Shown piece by piece: positions 1-10,229 of a DNA stretch of 64,000 nt. Position 1 is the first letter of the stretch, and every line of letters begins with the position of its first letter. The notes beneath the pieces were generated by a model. That model worked only from the letters and a program-made list of their open reading frames with translations. It did not search any database and was not told where the DNA came from. The translations under genes and the position numbers were made by a program. The DNA is from an uncultured Pseudanabaenaceae cyanobacterium. GTDB taxonomy: Bacteria; Cyanobacteriota; Cyanobacteriia; PCC-9006; JAAUQQ01. The DNA lies in the NCBI GenBank assembly GCA_938002085.1, contig CALLAT010000035.1, positions 58,949-122,948 of the forward strand, written 5' to 3'.

Positions 1-124
1 GTCAACGACCTCAACCTGCGTGGCTTGACCTATAAGGCCTGGCAACTCGAAATGCCTGGCCTGGGTCGCTAAGAAATCAAGCCCCCAAATTCAGGTCAAA
101 TAGTCAGCAGGAATTCAGCCCTGG

Positions 125-150
125 TAAGGACATGGCATGCCATGTCCTTA
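125..150. repeat. Perfect 26-nt palindrome TAAGGACATGGCATGCCATGTCCTTA, copy 1 of a recurring intergenic palindrome
   Basis: Read directly. Its reverse complement is identical. The same core occurs at 4076..4099, with a variant at 31119..31139. Confidence 0.85.
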
Positions 151-199
151 CAGTGGTATGTGGGTCCATCCCAAACTGCTTTATCGCTTTGCCATTGCC

Positions 200-652
200 A
201 TGTCCCGCTCCACAATTGCCCTGGGTCAGCTACGCAGCTTCCATCACTTCGCGCTCAACGTTGCCAACCTTGATGCTTCGCGGCGGTTTTATGGCGAAAT
301 TTTAGGGCTCCACGAACTCCAAGGGGATGAGATCCCAGCAACCTTGAAGTCCCTGGTCGCGCAGGGTAAGGTCACAAACTTTCGCTTACCCAGTGGGGCC
401 ATCCTCGACCTGTTCTATGAGCCAGAGCTAGCTCCCGCCCATCCTGACCCCAAACAGCAATTCACCCGCGCCAGCCACCTGGCATTTGACATTGCAGCGG
501 AAGCTTTTGAAGAAGCAGTGGAAGTCCTTCAGTCTAATGATGTGGTGATTGATCATGGCCCGGTCAGCCGTCCCACGGGGCGAGGAATCTATTTTTATGA
601 CCCAGATGGGTTTCTCTTGGAAATTCGTTGTGATCCTCAGAGCAATCCATAA
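200..652 (+). CDS. VOC-family protein (glyoxalase / bleomycin-resistance / extradiol-dioxygenase fold)
   Basis: Track ORF 137..652. HHFALNV..FYGEILGL and SHLAFDI..GIYFYDPDGFLLEI resemble the paired VOC modules. Start moved to ATG 200 because codons 137-199 run through the intergenic palindrome. Confidence 0.7.
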   Translation: MSRSTIALGQLRSFHHFALNVANLDASRRFYGEILGLHELQGDEIPATLKSLVAQGKVTNFRLPSGAILDLFYEPELAPAHPDPKQQFTRASHLAFDIAAEAFEEAVEVLQSNDVVIDHGPVSRPTGRGIYFYDPDGFLLEIRCDPQSNP

Positions 653-873
653 GCAAATCGCCCAGCCAACTTGGGGAAATCTCCCACGAACGGTCTGCAC
701 AGCAATTGCGCAAGACACTTGATTCGCGATCGCCTGGAGAGAAACAAAGCCACAGACAAAAATCGGCCCAGCCCTTGCTTGACAGGAATCCGTCCTATCT
801 CGACACTATGGGGGTTCTGAGGTTTCTTGCCCCCAAATCAGGAGTGCAGAAGCCCCCTCTGCTGGACTAGCCC

Positions 874-2343
874 ATGACCTCTGCGGATTTCGGTGCCCCT
901 GGTTCAAGCCCTCAAGACCTGCCCGAACATAAGCAACCCCTTAGCTTCTGGACGAAACTAGCCTTTGGTGCAGGAGACTTAGGCCCGGCCATCACTGCAA
1001 ATGTAACCATCTTCTTTCAGCTCATTTTCCTCACCAACGTTGCAGGCATTGCACCAGGATTAGCAGGGGGCGTTCTGCTCGTCGGCAAGATTTGGGACGC
1101 CGTCAATGACCCCATGGTGGGCGTATTAACAGATAAAACGAAGTCAAAGCGCTGGGGTAGGCGCTTACCCTGGCTTCTCTACGGCTCAATCCCCTTCGGT
1201 ATTTTCTTCTTTTTAATGTGGTTGGTGCCCACATTAGGCGGAGGGCAGGCACTCAGCCCCTGGCTGCTGTTTTGGTACTACGTCGTTGTTAGCGCCATCT
1301 CGCAAATTTTCTACACCGTGGTCAACTTGCCCTACACGGCCATGACCCCGGAGCTCACCCAAGACTATGACGAGCGAACCCAGCTCAATAGCTTCCGCTT
1401 TGCCTTTTCCATTGGCGGCAGCATTCTCTCGCTAATATTGGCCACCATCGTCTTCCAGGTGATTGAAGACCGGGCCATGCAATACATCGTCCTGGCGGGC
1501 GGCTGCGCGCTGATTTCTGTAGCAGCACTGTTTTGGTGCGTGTTTGGCGTGCGCAAACGAGCATTGGCATTTGAAAACAGCCGCGACACCAGCAAAGACG
1601 AAGAAATCCCCCTGGCCCAGCAGTTCAAAATTGCCTTTAGCAATCGCCCCTTTCAGTTTGTTATTGGCATCTACCTCTTCTCCTGGCTCGCTGTGCAGAT
1701 TACGGCTAGCGTGATCCCCTATTTCGTTGTCAATTGCATGGGAATGAAGGATGCCGATGTCCCCCCCGTACTCATTGGCGTTCAGGGCACAGCGTTATTG
1801 ATGCTGTTTGTCTGGAGCTACTTGAGCAAACGCTACGGCAAAAAATTTGTTTACTTTGCCGGGGGCTTGGTTTGGATCATTGCTCAATTTGGTCTGTTCT
1901 TTCTCCAAGAGGGGCAGATCTGGCAGCTCTATGTGCTGGCAGTGATGGCTGGCTTTGGCGTCTCCACCGCTTACCTCGTGCCCTGGTCAATGATTCCCGA
2001 CGTCATTGAGCTGGATGAATTGCAAACGGGCCAGCGCCGGGAGGGAGTCTTCTACGGATTCATGGTGCTTTTGCAAAAGTTTGGTTTGGCCCTGGGCCTA
2101 TTCCTTGTGGGTCAAGCCTTAGAGCAGTCCGGCTTCCTAGCGGCTAAGGCGGGTGAGCCTCTGCCCGTTCAGCCCGAGTCGGCCCTGATGGCCATTCGCA
2201 TTGCAGTAGGTCCCGTTCCAACCATTTCACTGTTGTTTGGCCTGGCGCTGACGTTCTTTTACCCCATTACCCGTGAAGTTCATGCCGAGGTGCTGCTCAA
2301 GCTAGCGGAACGAAAACGATTGAAAGAAGAAGGACAGGGTTAA
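874..2343 (+). CDS. MFS transporter, glycoside-pentoside-hexuronide (GPH/MelB-like) cation symporter family
   Basis: 489-aa polytopic membrane ORF. N-terminal FGAGDLG..., the GKIWDAVNDPMVGVLTDKT loop and the RRLPWLLYG motif are typical of GPH transporters. Confidence 0.8.
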   Translation: MTSADFGAPGSSPQDLPEHKQPLSFWTKLAFGAGDLGPAITANVTIFFQLIFLTNVAGIAPGLAGGVLLVGKIWDAVNDPMVGVLTDKTKSKRWGRRLPWLLYGSIPFGIFFFLMWLVPTLGGGQALSPWLLFWYYVVVSAISQIFYTVVNLPYTAMTPELTQDYDERTQLNSFRFAFSIGGSILSLILATIVFQVIEDRAMQYIVLAGGCALISVAALFWCVFGVRKRALAFENSRDTSKDEEIPLAQQFKIAFSNRPFQFVIGIYLFSWLAVQITASVIPYFVVNCMGMKDADVPPVLIGVQGTALLMLFVWSYLSKRYGKKFVYFAGGLVWIIAQFGLFFLQEGQIWQLYVLAVMAGFGVSTAYLVPWSMIPDVIELDELQTGQRREGVFYGFMVLLQKFGLALGLFLVGQALEQSGFLAAKAGEPLPVQPESALMAIRIAVGPVPTISLLFGLALTFFYPITREVHAEVLLKLAERKRLKEEGQG

Positions 2344-2400
2344 CCTATCAGTTCCAATTCTTTAAGGCTCAAGACAGTAGATCAAAAGAGCAAATGAAAA

Positions 2401-2427
2401 GGAGGGCATTAATAATGCCCTCCTTTT
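2401..2427 (+). terminator. Rho-independent terminator after the MFS gene
   Basis: GGAGGGCATT (2401-2410) pairs with AATGCCCTCC (2414-2423), followed by TTTT. Confidence 0.8.
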
Positions 2428-2985
2428 CATTTATCAGTCCTGATTGCTGGAGTGCCTGAACGACCTTTCTCTCCTCGCCCCCGAGCCTGAAATTGATACG
2501 AGCTGTAATACCATTACTGCTCTAATTACATCAATTTCTAACACAATTCCCTGATCCCCAAATCAATTGCCCTGAGGAAAGCACCGGCCCCAAAGGCATC
2601 AGGTCTAGGGCATCAAAATCATGAATAAAAATCGCCATAGATAACCAACCTTTGACTTGTTTGTTGTGTTGTGAACAAAGTCTGTCCCACCAGAAAAGGG
2701 GCTTACCGTGAATGTCAGGTTATCTAGCATTGGCCCTCGGACGCTCTGTTTGAACCATTGCTTTATCGCGATCGCATCAACCATAAGTTTGTTTCAGTTC
2801 CAGCCTGCTGAGCCCTAACCCAGCGTTAGAGGCCTTGATTGCAGAGCTAAGCATCAATTTTTGTAGGGTTCAACCGGAAGTTTCCGTTTCGGCTCCCTAA
2901 AAACCCTTGGGCTTATGGGCTGTATTCCCGAAATTTATCCTTCGCCTGTCCGTCAATTCAGAAACGAAATCATAAGGAGTCTGCA

Positions 2986-4032
<1,047 letters not shown>

Positions 4033-4075
4033 AACGAGTCCCCAAAGATTTCATCGTCGCGACTTAAGGCAGCAA

Positions 4076-4099
4076 AGGGACATGGCATGCCATGTCCCT
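4076..4099. repeat. Perfect 24-nt palindrome AGGGACATGGCATGCCATGTCCCT, copy 2
   Basis: Read directly, 44 nt after the gap stop codon. It may act as a transcript-end hairpin. Confidence 0.85.
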
Positions 4100-4436
4100 A
4101 ATTTCTTTAATAGGGCCGCTTATCCCAAGTTTGCGGTGAGATTGAATCAGGCCATTCCCATGGCAGTCATCTCCATTTCACCCCGTTACAAATTGCCGTC
4201 AAAAGCAAGAACTAGGATTGCGAAACCTTTAGTAAATATCAAAATGTGGCCGCTTCTCTGGCGCATTTTCGGGGCTCAAGCTAGTAATGAAGTTGAGCCG
4301 GTCAGCCCTGCATCGGCAAATTCACAGCAAGCGCCAAGCCCCAAGCTGTTCCCCTGCAAGACCGGTATCCCAAGATTTTTATCGGCATCACTCCTATCGT
4401 TATCACCGTCCATGGCCTGGACCTTTTCTCAAACAT

Positions 4437-7016
4437 ATGACTAACGCAGCTTCCCTAGAACCCAGCAGTGCTATGTCCAGCAATGGTGCCTCCATTCGCG
4501 TCGAAGACGATCGCACCGGTTTGAGCATTGATACCCTGCGCCGTGCCTTTGCGGACCACCTGTTCTTCCTTCTGGGCAAGACAGACCGCAGCGCCACCGC
4601 AGCGGATTACTACACTTCCTTGGCCTATACGGTGCGCGATCGCCTGCTGCGTCGCTGGATGAAAACCCAGGAAGCCTACCGTAGCCCCGACAACAAAGTT
4701 GTTTGCTACCTGTCGGCGGAATTCCTCATGGGCCGCCACCTGGGCAACAGCCTAATCAACCTGGGCCTCCACAAGCCGGTCAAAGAGGCCATGGAAGCCT
4801 CCGGCTTGGAACTGGACGATCTGATTGAGATTGAGCGGGATCCTGGCTTAGGAAACGGTGGCCTGGGTCGCCTTGCCGCCTGTTTCCTCGATTCCCTCGC
4901 CACGCTGGAAATCCCAGCCATGGGCTACGGCATCCGCTATGAGTTCGGCATCTTTCACCAGATGATCCAAAACGGCTGGCAGGTGGAAATCCCTGACCAA
5001 TGGCTCAAGCTACAAAACCCCTGGGAAATCATGCGCCGGGAGGAAAGCATTGAGATCAAGCTGGGCGGCCACACCGAAAGCCAGCATGACGAGAAAGGTC
5101 AACACCGAGTGGTTTGGATTCCCAGCCGCACCGTCGTTGCTGTGCCCTACGACACTCCCGTCCCTGGCTACCGCAACAACACCGTCAACACCCTGCGCCT
5201 GTGGAAAGCTGAAGCCAGCAACGAATTCAACTTCGATGCATTCAACGCTGGTAATTATGACCGCGCCGTCTCGGACAAGCTCACCTCGGAGAACATCTCC
5301 AAGGTGCTCTATCCCAACGACAACACTCCCCAGGGCCGAGAGCTACGCCTAGAGCAGCAGTACTTCTTCGTCTCTGCCTCCCTCCAGGACATGATCCGTC
5401 GCCATCTGGCCGTCCATCCCAATTTGGACAACTTCCACGAGCAATTTGCCATCCAGCTCAACGACACCCACCCCACCGTGGGCGTGGCCGAGCTAATGCG
5501 CCTGTTGGTGGACGAGCATGGCATGTACTGGGACCAGGCCTGGGCCATCTGCCAGAAGACCTTTGCCTACACCAACCACACCCTGCTGCCCGAGGCTTTG
5601 GAGCGCTGGCCCGTGGCGCTATTTGAGCGGGTGCTGCCTCGCATTCTGGAGATCGTCTACGAAATCAACCATCAGTTCCTGGAACAGGTTGCCAAGTGGT
5701 ATCCCGGCGATGAAGGCCTAATGCGACGCCTGTCTATCATTCAAGAAGACGGCGAGAAATCTATCCGCATGGCCAACCTCGCCTGCATTGGTAGCCATGC
5801 CATCAACGGTGTTGCTGCACTCCACACAGAACTGCTGAAGCAGTCCACTCTGCGGGACTTCTACCAGCTCTGGCCTGAGAAGTTCTTCAACAAGACCAAT
5901 GGCGTCACCCCTCGTCGCTGGATTTTGCTGAGCAACCCTGAACTTTCGGAGCTGTATAGCGAGAAGCTAGGCAGTGACGATTGGCTCCATGATTTGGGCT
6001 TGCTGCCTCAGTTGGAGTCTCAGGTGAATGATGGGGCCTTTTGCGATCGCTGGCGTGCCATCAAGCAAACCAAGAAGCAAGACCTTGCCAAATACATCCT
6101 CGACCACACCGGAATCGAAGTGGATTCAAACTCCCTCTTCGATGTTCAGGTCAAGCGCATCCATGAGTACAAGCGCCAGCTGCTCGCCGTGATGGAAATC
6201 ATCACCCTATACAACCGCCTCAAAGCAAACCCCAACGCTGAAGTCGTGCCTCGCACCTTCATCTTTGGCGGCAAGGCAGCCCCGGGCTACTTCATGGCCA
6301 AGCTGATCATTAAGCTCACCAATGCAGTGGGTGCCCTGGTCAACTGCGATCCCGATGTGCGCGGTCGCATCAAGGTCGTGTACCTACCCAACTTCAGCGT
6401 TTCCCTAGGCCAGCGCGTCTATCCCGCAGCGGACCTATCGGAGCAAATCTCCACGGCTGGCAAGGAAGCCTCCGGCACAGGCAACATGAAATTCTCAATG
6501 AATGGAGCCCTAACCGTTGGAACCCTAGACGGTGCCAACATCGAGATTCGCGAAGAAGTGGGCGAGGAAAACTTCTTCCTCTTTGGCCTCACTGCCCAAG
6601 AAGTCGCTGACACCAAGGCCGCAGGCTACCGTCCTCGGGATTATTACGACAACAACACAGCCCTGCGCCAAGTCATCGACCAAATCGAATCCGGTTTGTT
6701 CTGCCCTGGGGAGCCTGACCTGTTCAAGCCCCTCGTAGAGTCCCTGCTCAATGAAGATACCTATCTGCTATTGGCCGACTACCAGGCTTACGTGGATGCC
6801 CAGGATCGGGTGAGCGAGGCTTATAAGGATCAAACGAGCTGGACCAAAATGTCTATCCTCAATGCCCTGCGCACGGCGAAGTTCTCTTCGGACCGAACCA
6901 TCGCAGAATATTGCAGCGAGATTTGGGATGCTAAGGCTGTCCCCATTGAACTCCAGGACTACAACCCAGATCGCCCCAATGCTGCCTTGCGGGTCCCCAT
7001 TCACCGTGGGAGCTAA
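4437..7016 (+). CDS. glgP: Glycogen/starch phosphorylase
   Basis: Full-length match by eye to alpha-glucan phosphorylases (LGNGGLGRLAACFLDS, EASGTGNMKF around the PLP lysine, TNHT). Start set to ATG 4437 (MTNAAS...). The 50 upstream codons of track ORF 4287 do not look protein-like. Confidence 0.95.
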   Translation: MTNAASLEPSSAMSSNGASIRVEDDRTGLSIDTLRRAFADHLFFLLGKTDRSATAADYYTSLAYTVRDRLLRRWMKTQEAYRSPDNKVVCYLSAEFLMGRHLGNSLINLGLHKPVKEAMEASGLELDDLIEIERDPGLGNGGLGRLAACFLDSLATLEIPAMGYGIRYEFGIFHQMIQNGWQVEIPDQWLKLQNPWEIMRREESIEIKLGGHTESQHDEKGQHRVVWIPSRTVVAVPYDTPVPGYRNNTVNTLRLWKAEASNEFNFDAFNAGNYDRAVSDKLTSENISKVLYPNDNTPQGRELRLEQQYFFVSASLQDMIRRHLAVHPNLDNFHEQFAIQLNDTHPTVGVAELMRLLVDEHGMYWDQAWAICQKTFAYTNHTLLPEALERWPVALFERVLPRILEIVYEINHQFLEQVAKWYPGDEGLMRRLSIIQEDGEKSIRMANLACIGSHAINGVAALHTELLKQSTLRDFYQLWPEKFFNKTNGVTPRRWILLSNPELSELYSEKLGSDDWLHDLGLLPQLESQVNDGAFCDRWRAIKQTKKQDLAKYILDHTGIEVDSNSLFDVQVKRIHEYKRQLLAVMEIITLYNRLKANPNAEVVPRTFIFGGKAAPGYFMAKLIIKLTNAVGALVNCDPDVRGRIKVVYLPNFSVSLGQRVYPAADLSEQISTAGKEASGTGNMKFSMNGALTVGTLDGANIEIREEVGEENFFLFGLTAQEVADTKAAGYRPRDYYDNNTALRQVIDQIESGLFCPGEPDLFKPLVESLLNEDTYLLLADYQAYVDAQDRVSEAYKDQTSWTKMSILNALRTAKFSSDRTIAEYCSEIWDAKAVPIELQDYNPDRPNAALRVPIHRGS

Positions 7017-7070
7017 GGCTATTGTCTAAAGCTCAAAACCCGTTTTTCAGCTAAAGCTCATCATTAAAAA

Positions 7071-7107
7071 AGGCCTCACTCAACCTGTGTTGAGTGAGGC
7101 CTTTTTT
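7071..7107 (+). terminator. Rho-independent terminator after glgP
   Basis: 14-bp stem AGGCCTCACTCAAC/GTTGAGTGAGGCCT followed by a T-run. Confidence 0.85.
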
Positions 7108-7238
7108 GTAGTAAGTTTGACAAAAGACAAATCATGCGTCTATGACGAGACAATATTTCTAAGCCAAGCCCAGAGAAGATTCCAGGATTCTGAAATCGCT
7201 CTATTCCCAAAGAAAGATTGCCACTCCCCAGCGGTCGC

Positions 7239-7256
7239 GTTACATTATTTAACATA
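7239..7256 (+). promoter_or_regulatory. HLR1-like direct repeat (candidate RpaB site) upstream of the HLIP gene
   Basis: GTTACATT-AT-TTAACATA compared with consensus (G/T)TTACA(T/A)(T/A)-N2-(G/T)TTACA(T/A)(T/A) has one mismatch in the second half. It ends 36 nt before the ATG, so its position relative to the TSS is unclear. Confidence 0.4.
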
Positions 7257-7291
7257 GAAACGATTACGTAACTCCCACCAAGGTTCTAACC

Positions 7292-7435
7292 ATGGAAAAT
7301 GAAGCAACTAAGTTTGGTTTCACCGGCTTCGCTGAAACCTGGAATGGCCGCCTAGCGATGCTCGGCTTTGTGGTTGGTCTGGCGACTGAGCTATTGACCG
7401 GCCAAGGCGTTCTTTCCCAGATGGGCTTGATCTAA
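7292..7435 (+). CDS. hli: High-light-inducible protein (HLIP/Scp, single-helix CAB family), 47 aa
   Basis: Not in the ORF track because it is under 60 aa. Translation is MENEATKFGFTGFAETWNGRLAMLGFVVGLATELLTGQGVLSQMGLI, with the chlorophyll-binding ExxNGRxAMxGF motif. Its own terminator follows. Confidence 0.85.
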   Translation: MENEATKFGFTGFAETWNGRLAMLGFVVGLATELLTGQGVLSQMGLI

Positions 7436-7495
7436 GTATCTAATCCATCCATTAGCTCGACTCCTCTCTTCTGGAGCTGAGATTGATTCATAGAG

Positions 7496-7558
7496 CCGCC
7501 CGGTGGCGGAGACAGTAGCTTTGGGGCTTCTTTCTCCGCCGCCGGGCGGTTTTATTTT
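7496..7558 (+). terminator. Rho-independent terminator after hli
   Basis: 17-nt arms CCGCCCGGTGGCGGAGA / TCTCCGCCGCCGGGCGG (one wobble), followed by TTTTATTTT. Confidence 0.8.
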
Positions 7559-7743
7559 GGGCATATTCGCCCCGTAAACCTAGGGCAACAGAAAGTCCAC
7601 TTCTCAGTCGGGCTTTCCAGCAACTGCCGTTTCAAGCTAACGTCTTAAGATAAGTAAATTGGCCTAGTGGCCTATATCAAGCTGATCCCGCCGCTATTGC
7701 TAAAGCGGTTTTGTTTTAGGTTGGCATCTGTAAGGAGACGTTT

Positions 7744-9306
7744 ATGCTCAGCGCCTTGATATGGATTCCATTCATTGCTGCATTAGTAATTGCGCTGTTA
7801 CCCCAGCAACGTGAGAAGCAAGCTCGAACCGTGGCAGGTGTCGCGGCAGGTTTGGCCTTGGCGCTATCCATTGTTGTGTTAGCCCAGTTCGATATAAGCC
7901 TGGCAGGGTTTCAGTTTCAAGAAACGCTGTCTTGGATAGACAACATTGGCTTGAGCTATAACATCGGCATCGATGGCATTTCTCTGCCCCTCGTCATGTT
8001 GACCACGCTGCTCATTGTGTTGGTCATTTACGCAACGGGTCAGGACATTGAGCGTCCTCGGTTGTACTACGCCATGATCATGATGATCGCAGGCGGTGTC
8101 ACGGGCGTTTTCTTAGCGCGGGACCTGCTGTTGTTCTTCCTGTTCTATGAGGTAGAGCTGATTCCCCTGTATTTGCTGATTGCAATTTGGGGCGGCAAGA
8201 ACCGGGCCTATGCTTCGACTAAGTTTTTAATTTACACAGCGGTTTCTGGCGTACTGCTGCTGGCAAGCATCCTCGGGATCGTTGGTCTCAGTGGGTCTGG
8301 CTCCTTTACGGTTGATGCCAGCATTGCGGAAGCATTGAGTTCGGCACAGCAAATCACGCTCCTCCTGGGTTTAGTCGTTGCCTTTGGCATCAAAATTCCC
8401 ATGGTGCCCCTGCACACCTGGTTGCCGGATGCCCACACCGAAGCTTCTACCCCTGTCTCAATGCTTCTGGCGGGTATTTTGCTGAAGCTAGGCACTTACG
8501 GGTTACTGCGCTTTGGCTTAGGGCTGTTACCAGATGCTTGGGATGTGATTGCACCGGGTCTCGCTGTGGTGGCTGTCATTAGCACCCTCTATGGCTCGCT
8601 GAACGCCATTGTTCAGCAAGACATGAAGAAGCTGGTTGCCTATAGCTCCATTGGCCACATGGGTTACATCATCCTGGGCATGGCAGCGGCGACCGAACTG
8701 AGCATCATTGGTACGGTGGCTCAAATGGTGAGCCACGGCGTGATTTCTGCCTTGCTCTTCTTGCTAGTTGGCTTTATTTATAGCCGCACGGGCACGCGGG
8801 ATATGAATGTTCTGCGCGGCTTCCTCAACCCTGAACGCGGCTTCCCCCTGGTGGGGTCGTTGATGATTCTGGGTGTGATGGCCAGTAGTGGCTTGCCTGG
8901 CATGGTGGGTTTCGTGGCAGAATTCTGCATTTTCAGAGGCAGCTTTATCACCTTCCCCTTACAGACCTTGCTCTGCATTGTGGGTACAGGCCTGACTTCG
9001 GTGTATTTCTTGCTAATGGTGAATCGCGTGTTCTTTGGACGCCTGCCGGAGCAGTTTTCGAATATTCCGAGGGTGTCCTTCAAAGAGCAGGTCCCCGCAG
9101 CAGTCTTGGCTTCTCTACTGGTGATGTTTGGCCTACAGCCTCACTGGCTACTGGAATGGACGGAGGCTTCGGCCCATGCCATGGCGATGTTGCAGGTTAA
9201 GGCATTGGCAGAGGTGCAACAGCCTGATGAGAGCGTTGCGATGGCTGATGATGCGTCGATCGCTTCCACAGTACTAACTGCTCCCAGCATCGAAGCAGTC
9301 AACTAA
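7744..9306 (+). CDS. ndhD: NAD(P)H-quinone oxidoreductase subunit 4 (NdhD / NuoM family)
   Basis: 520-aa polytopic protein with NuoM/NdhD signatures (FFLFYEVELIPLYLLI, KIPMVPLHTWLPDAHTEA, AYSSIGHMGY). The paralog type (D1-D4) cannot be resolved by eye. Confidence 0.9.
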   Translation: MLSALIWIPFIAALVIALLPQQREKQARTVAGVAAGLALALSIVVLAQFDISLAGFQFQETLSWIDNIGLSYNIGIDGISLPLVMLTTLLIVLVIYATGQDIERPRLYYAMIMMIAGGVTGVFLARDLLLFFLFYEVELIPLYLLIAIWGGKNRAYASTKFLIYTAVSGVLLLASILGIVGLSGSGSFTVDASIAEALSSAQQITLLLGLVVAFGIKIPMVPLHTWLPDAHTEASTPVSMLLAGILLKLGTYGLLRFGLGLLPDAWDVIAPGLAVVAVISTLYGSLNAIVQQDMKKLVAYSSIGHMGYIILGMAAATELSIIGTVAQMVSHGVISALLFLLVGFIYSRTGTRDMNVLRGFLNPERGFPLVGSLMILGVMASSGLPGMVGFVAEFCIFRGSFITFPLQTLLCIVGTGLTSVYFLLMVNRVFFGRLPEQFSNIPRVSFKEQVPAAVLASLLVMFGLQPHWLLEWTEASAHAMAMLQVKALAEVQQPDESVAMADDASIASTVLTAPSIEAVN

Positions 9307-9330
9307 AACAGGCGGCTTCAAAATCTGCGG

Positions 9331-9373
9331 AAAGAGAAAGCGCTCCATGATTCCCATGGAGCGCTTTCTCTTT
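9331..9373. terminator. Bidirectional terminator hairpin between convergent genes
   Basis: Perfect 19-bp stem AAAGAGAAAGCGCTCCATG / CATGGAGCGCTTTCTCTTT with a 5-nt loop. A/T runs make it usable on both strands. Confidence 0.75.
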
Positions 9374-9392
9374 AGCCATTCTCTAGCAACCT

Positions 9393-10229
9393 CTAAGGGC
9401 CAATGGGAGCCTGGGCTAGAGCTTCTAGATCAATTCCCTGGAGTAGCTCCCAAGCCTCAGCCAGCTTATGCTCGCCCCGCAAGAAGCCAATGCTGGCGCC
9501 GGGGCAAAGGTACTTCAGGGTTTCTGAGGTGAAGCGATCGCTCAAAGCCGTCACACTCTTTAACTGCCTGGGCCAATGGAATGTCTTACTCGTCCGCAGA
9601 GGCGTAATGCCGCCCTGGCGAGTCGGTAACAGATGCCGCCCCGTAAACAACACGCCGCCATCTTGGGGACTCTGCCAATACAAACAGGCTGAGCCCGGCG
9701 AATAGCCCGGCGTCCAAATGGCAGTCAAACCAGGGGCAATCTCTCCTTCTCGATGAAACGTCTGGGTTTCAATTTCAGGCAAAAGGTAGGCTTCCTGTTC
9801 CTGCACCACAACCTCACAGCCCAGCTCGGCTTGAAGCATCTTGACCTTAGCCATGGCATTGCGGTGGGTGAGGAAAAGCCAGCGCACCCCGCGATCGCCC
9901 AAAAAATGCTGCGTTGCCAGAGTCCAAGGCGGACAATCCACCAGAACATTGCCTGCTGGTGTCTCAATCCAATAGGACGTCCCTCCCAAGGTTTGTCGAT
10001 TAGGCGGAAACGCCACCAGATGATCCAGCACAGCCAAAGGCGGCTTGCCCTCGGCAGGAGGCTTTACGCCAAAGCCCAGCTCAGAATCTTCAGACGGAGC
10101 AATGGCAGCGGATTCAGCATCCTGGGAAGTCACAACCTCACCAGCCAGCTCATGCTCTGCCGCAGCAGCAGCATCATTAGAGTGGGTCAAGGGATTAAGG
10201 GGGGAGTCAGACGCGGCAATATCAGACAC
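9393..10229 (-). CDS. MBL-fold (metallo-beta-lactamase-like) protein with degenerate metal-binding motifs
   Basis: The fold-like order VLVDCPP...LFLTHRNAM...TPGYSPGS...LFTGRHLL parallels THxHxDH...GHTPG...GD, but most ligand residues are replaced. Confidence 0.55.
   Translation of the reverse strand: MSDIAASDSPLNPLTHSNDAAAAAEHELAGEVVTSQDAESAAIAPSEDSELGFGVKPPAEGKPPLAVLDHLVAFPPNRQTLGGTSYWIETPAGNVLVDCPPWTLATQHFLGDRGVRWLFLTHRNAMAKVKMLQAELGCEVVVQEQEAYLLPEIETQTFHREGEIAPGLTAIWTPGYSPGSACLYWQSPQDGGVLFTGRHLLPTRQGGITPLRTSKTFHWPRQLKSVTALSDRFTSETLKYLCPGASIGFLRGEHKLAEAWELLQGIDLEALAQAPIGP

Noticed and set aside
779-809. TTGACA...CACTAT as a promoter for the MFS transporter gene
   Set aside because: The -35 hexamer is perfect, but the spacer would be 19 nt and the -10 hexamer is poor. 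Evidence is insufficient to report it as a feature.
2868-2890. GGTTCAACCGG and similar T-loop-like strings (also 19292, 30880, 36690), checked as possible tRNAs
   Set aside because: None sits in a cloverleaf context with acceptor and anticodon stems. I could not support any tRNA, rRNA, tmRNA, RNase P or SRP RNA signature.
4082-4444. 120-aa ORF in the gap-glgP spacer, plus the N-terminal extensions 137..199 and 4287..4436
   Set aside because: The starts at 137 and 4082 arise from ATGs inside the palindrome ATGGCATGCCATG. The translated segments are not protein-like, and better downstream starts exist for the real genes.
7687-7717. Small hairpin plus T-run upstream of ndhD, considered as a possible attenuator
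   Set aside because: The stem is only about 5 bp (CCGCT/AGCGG), too weak to call.
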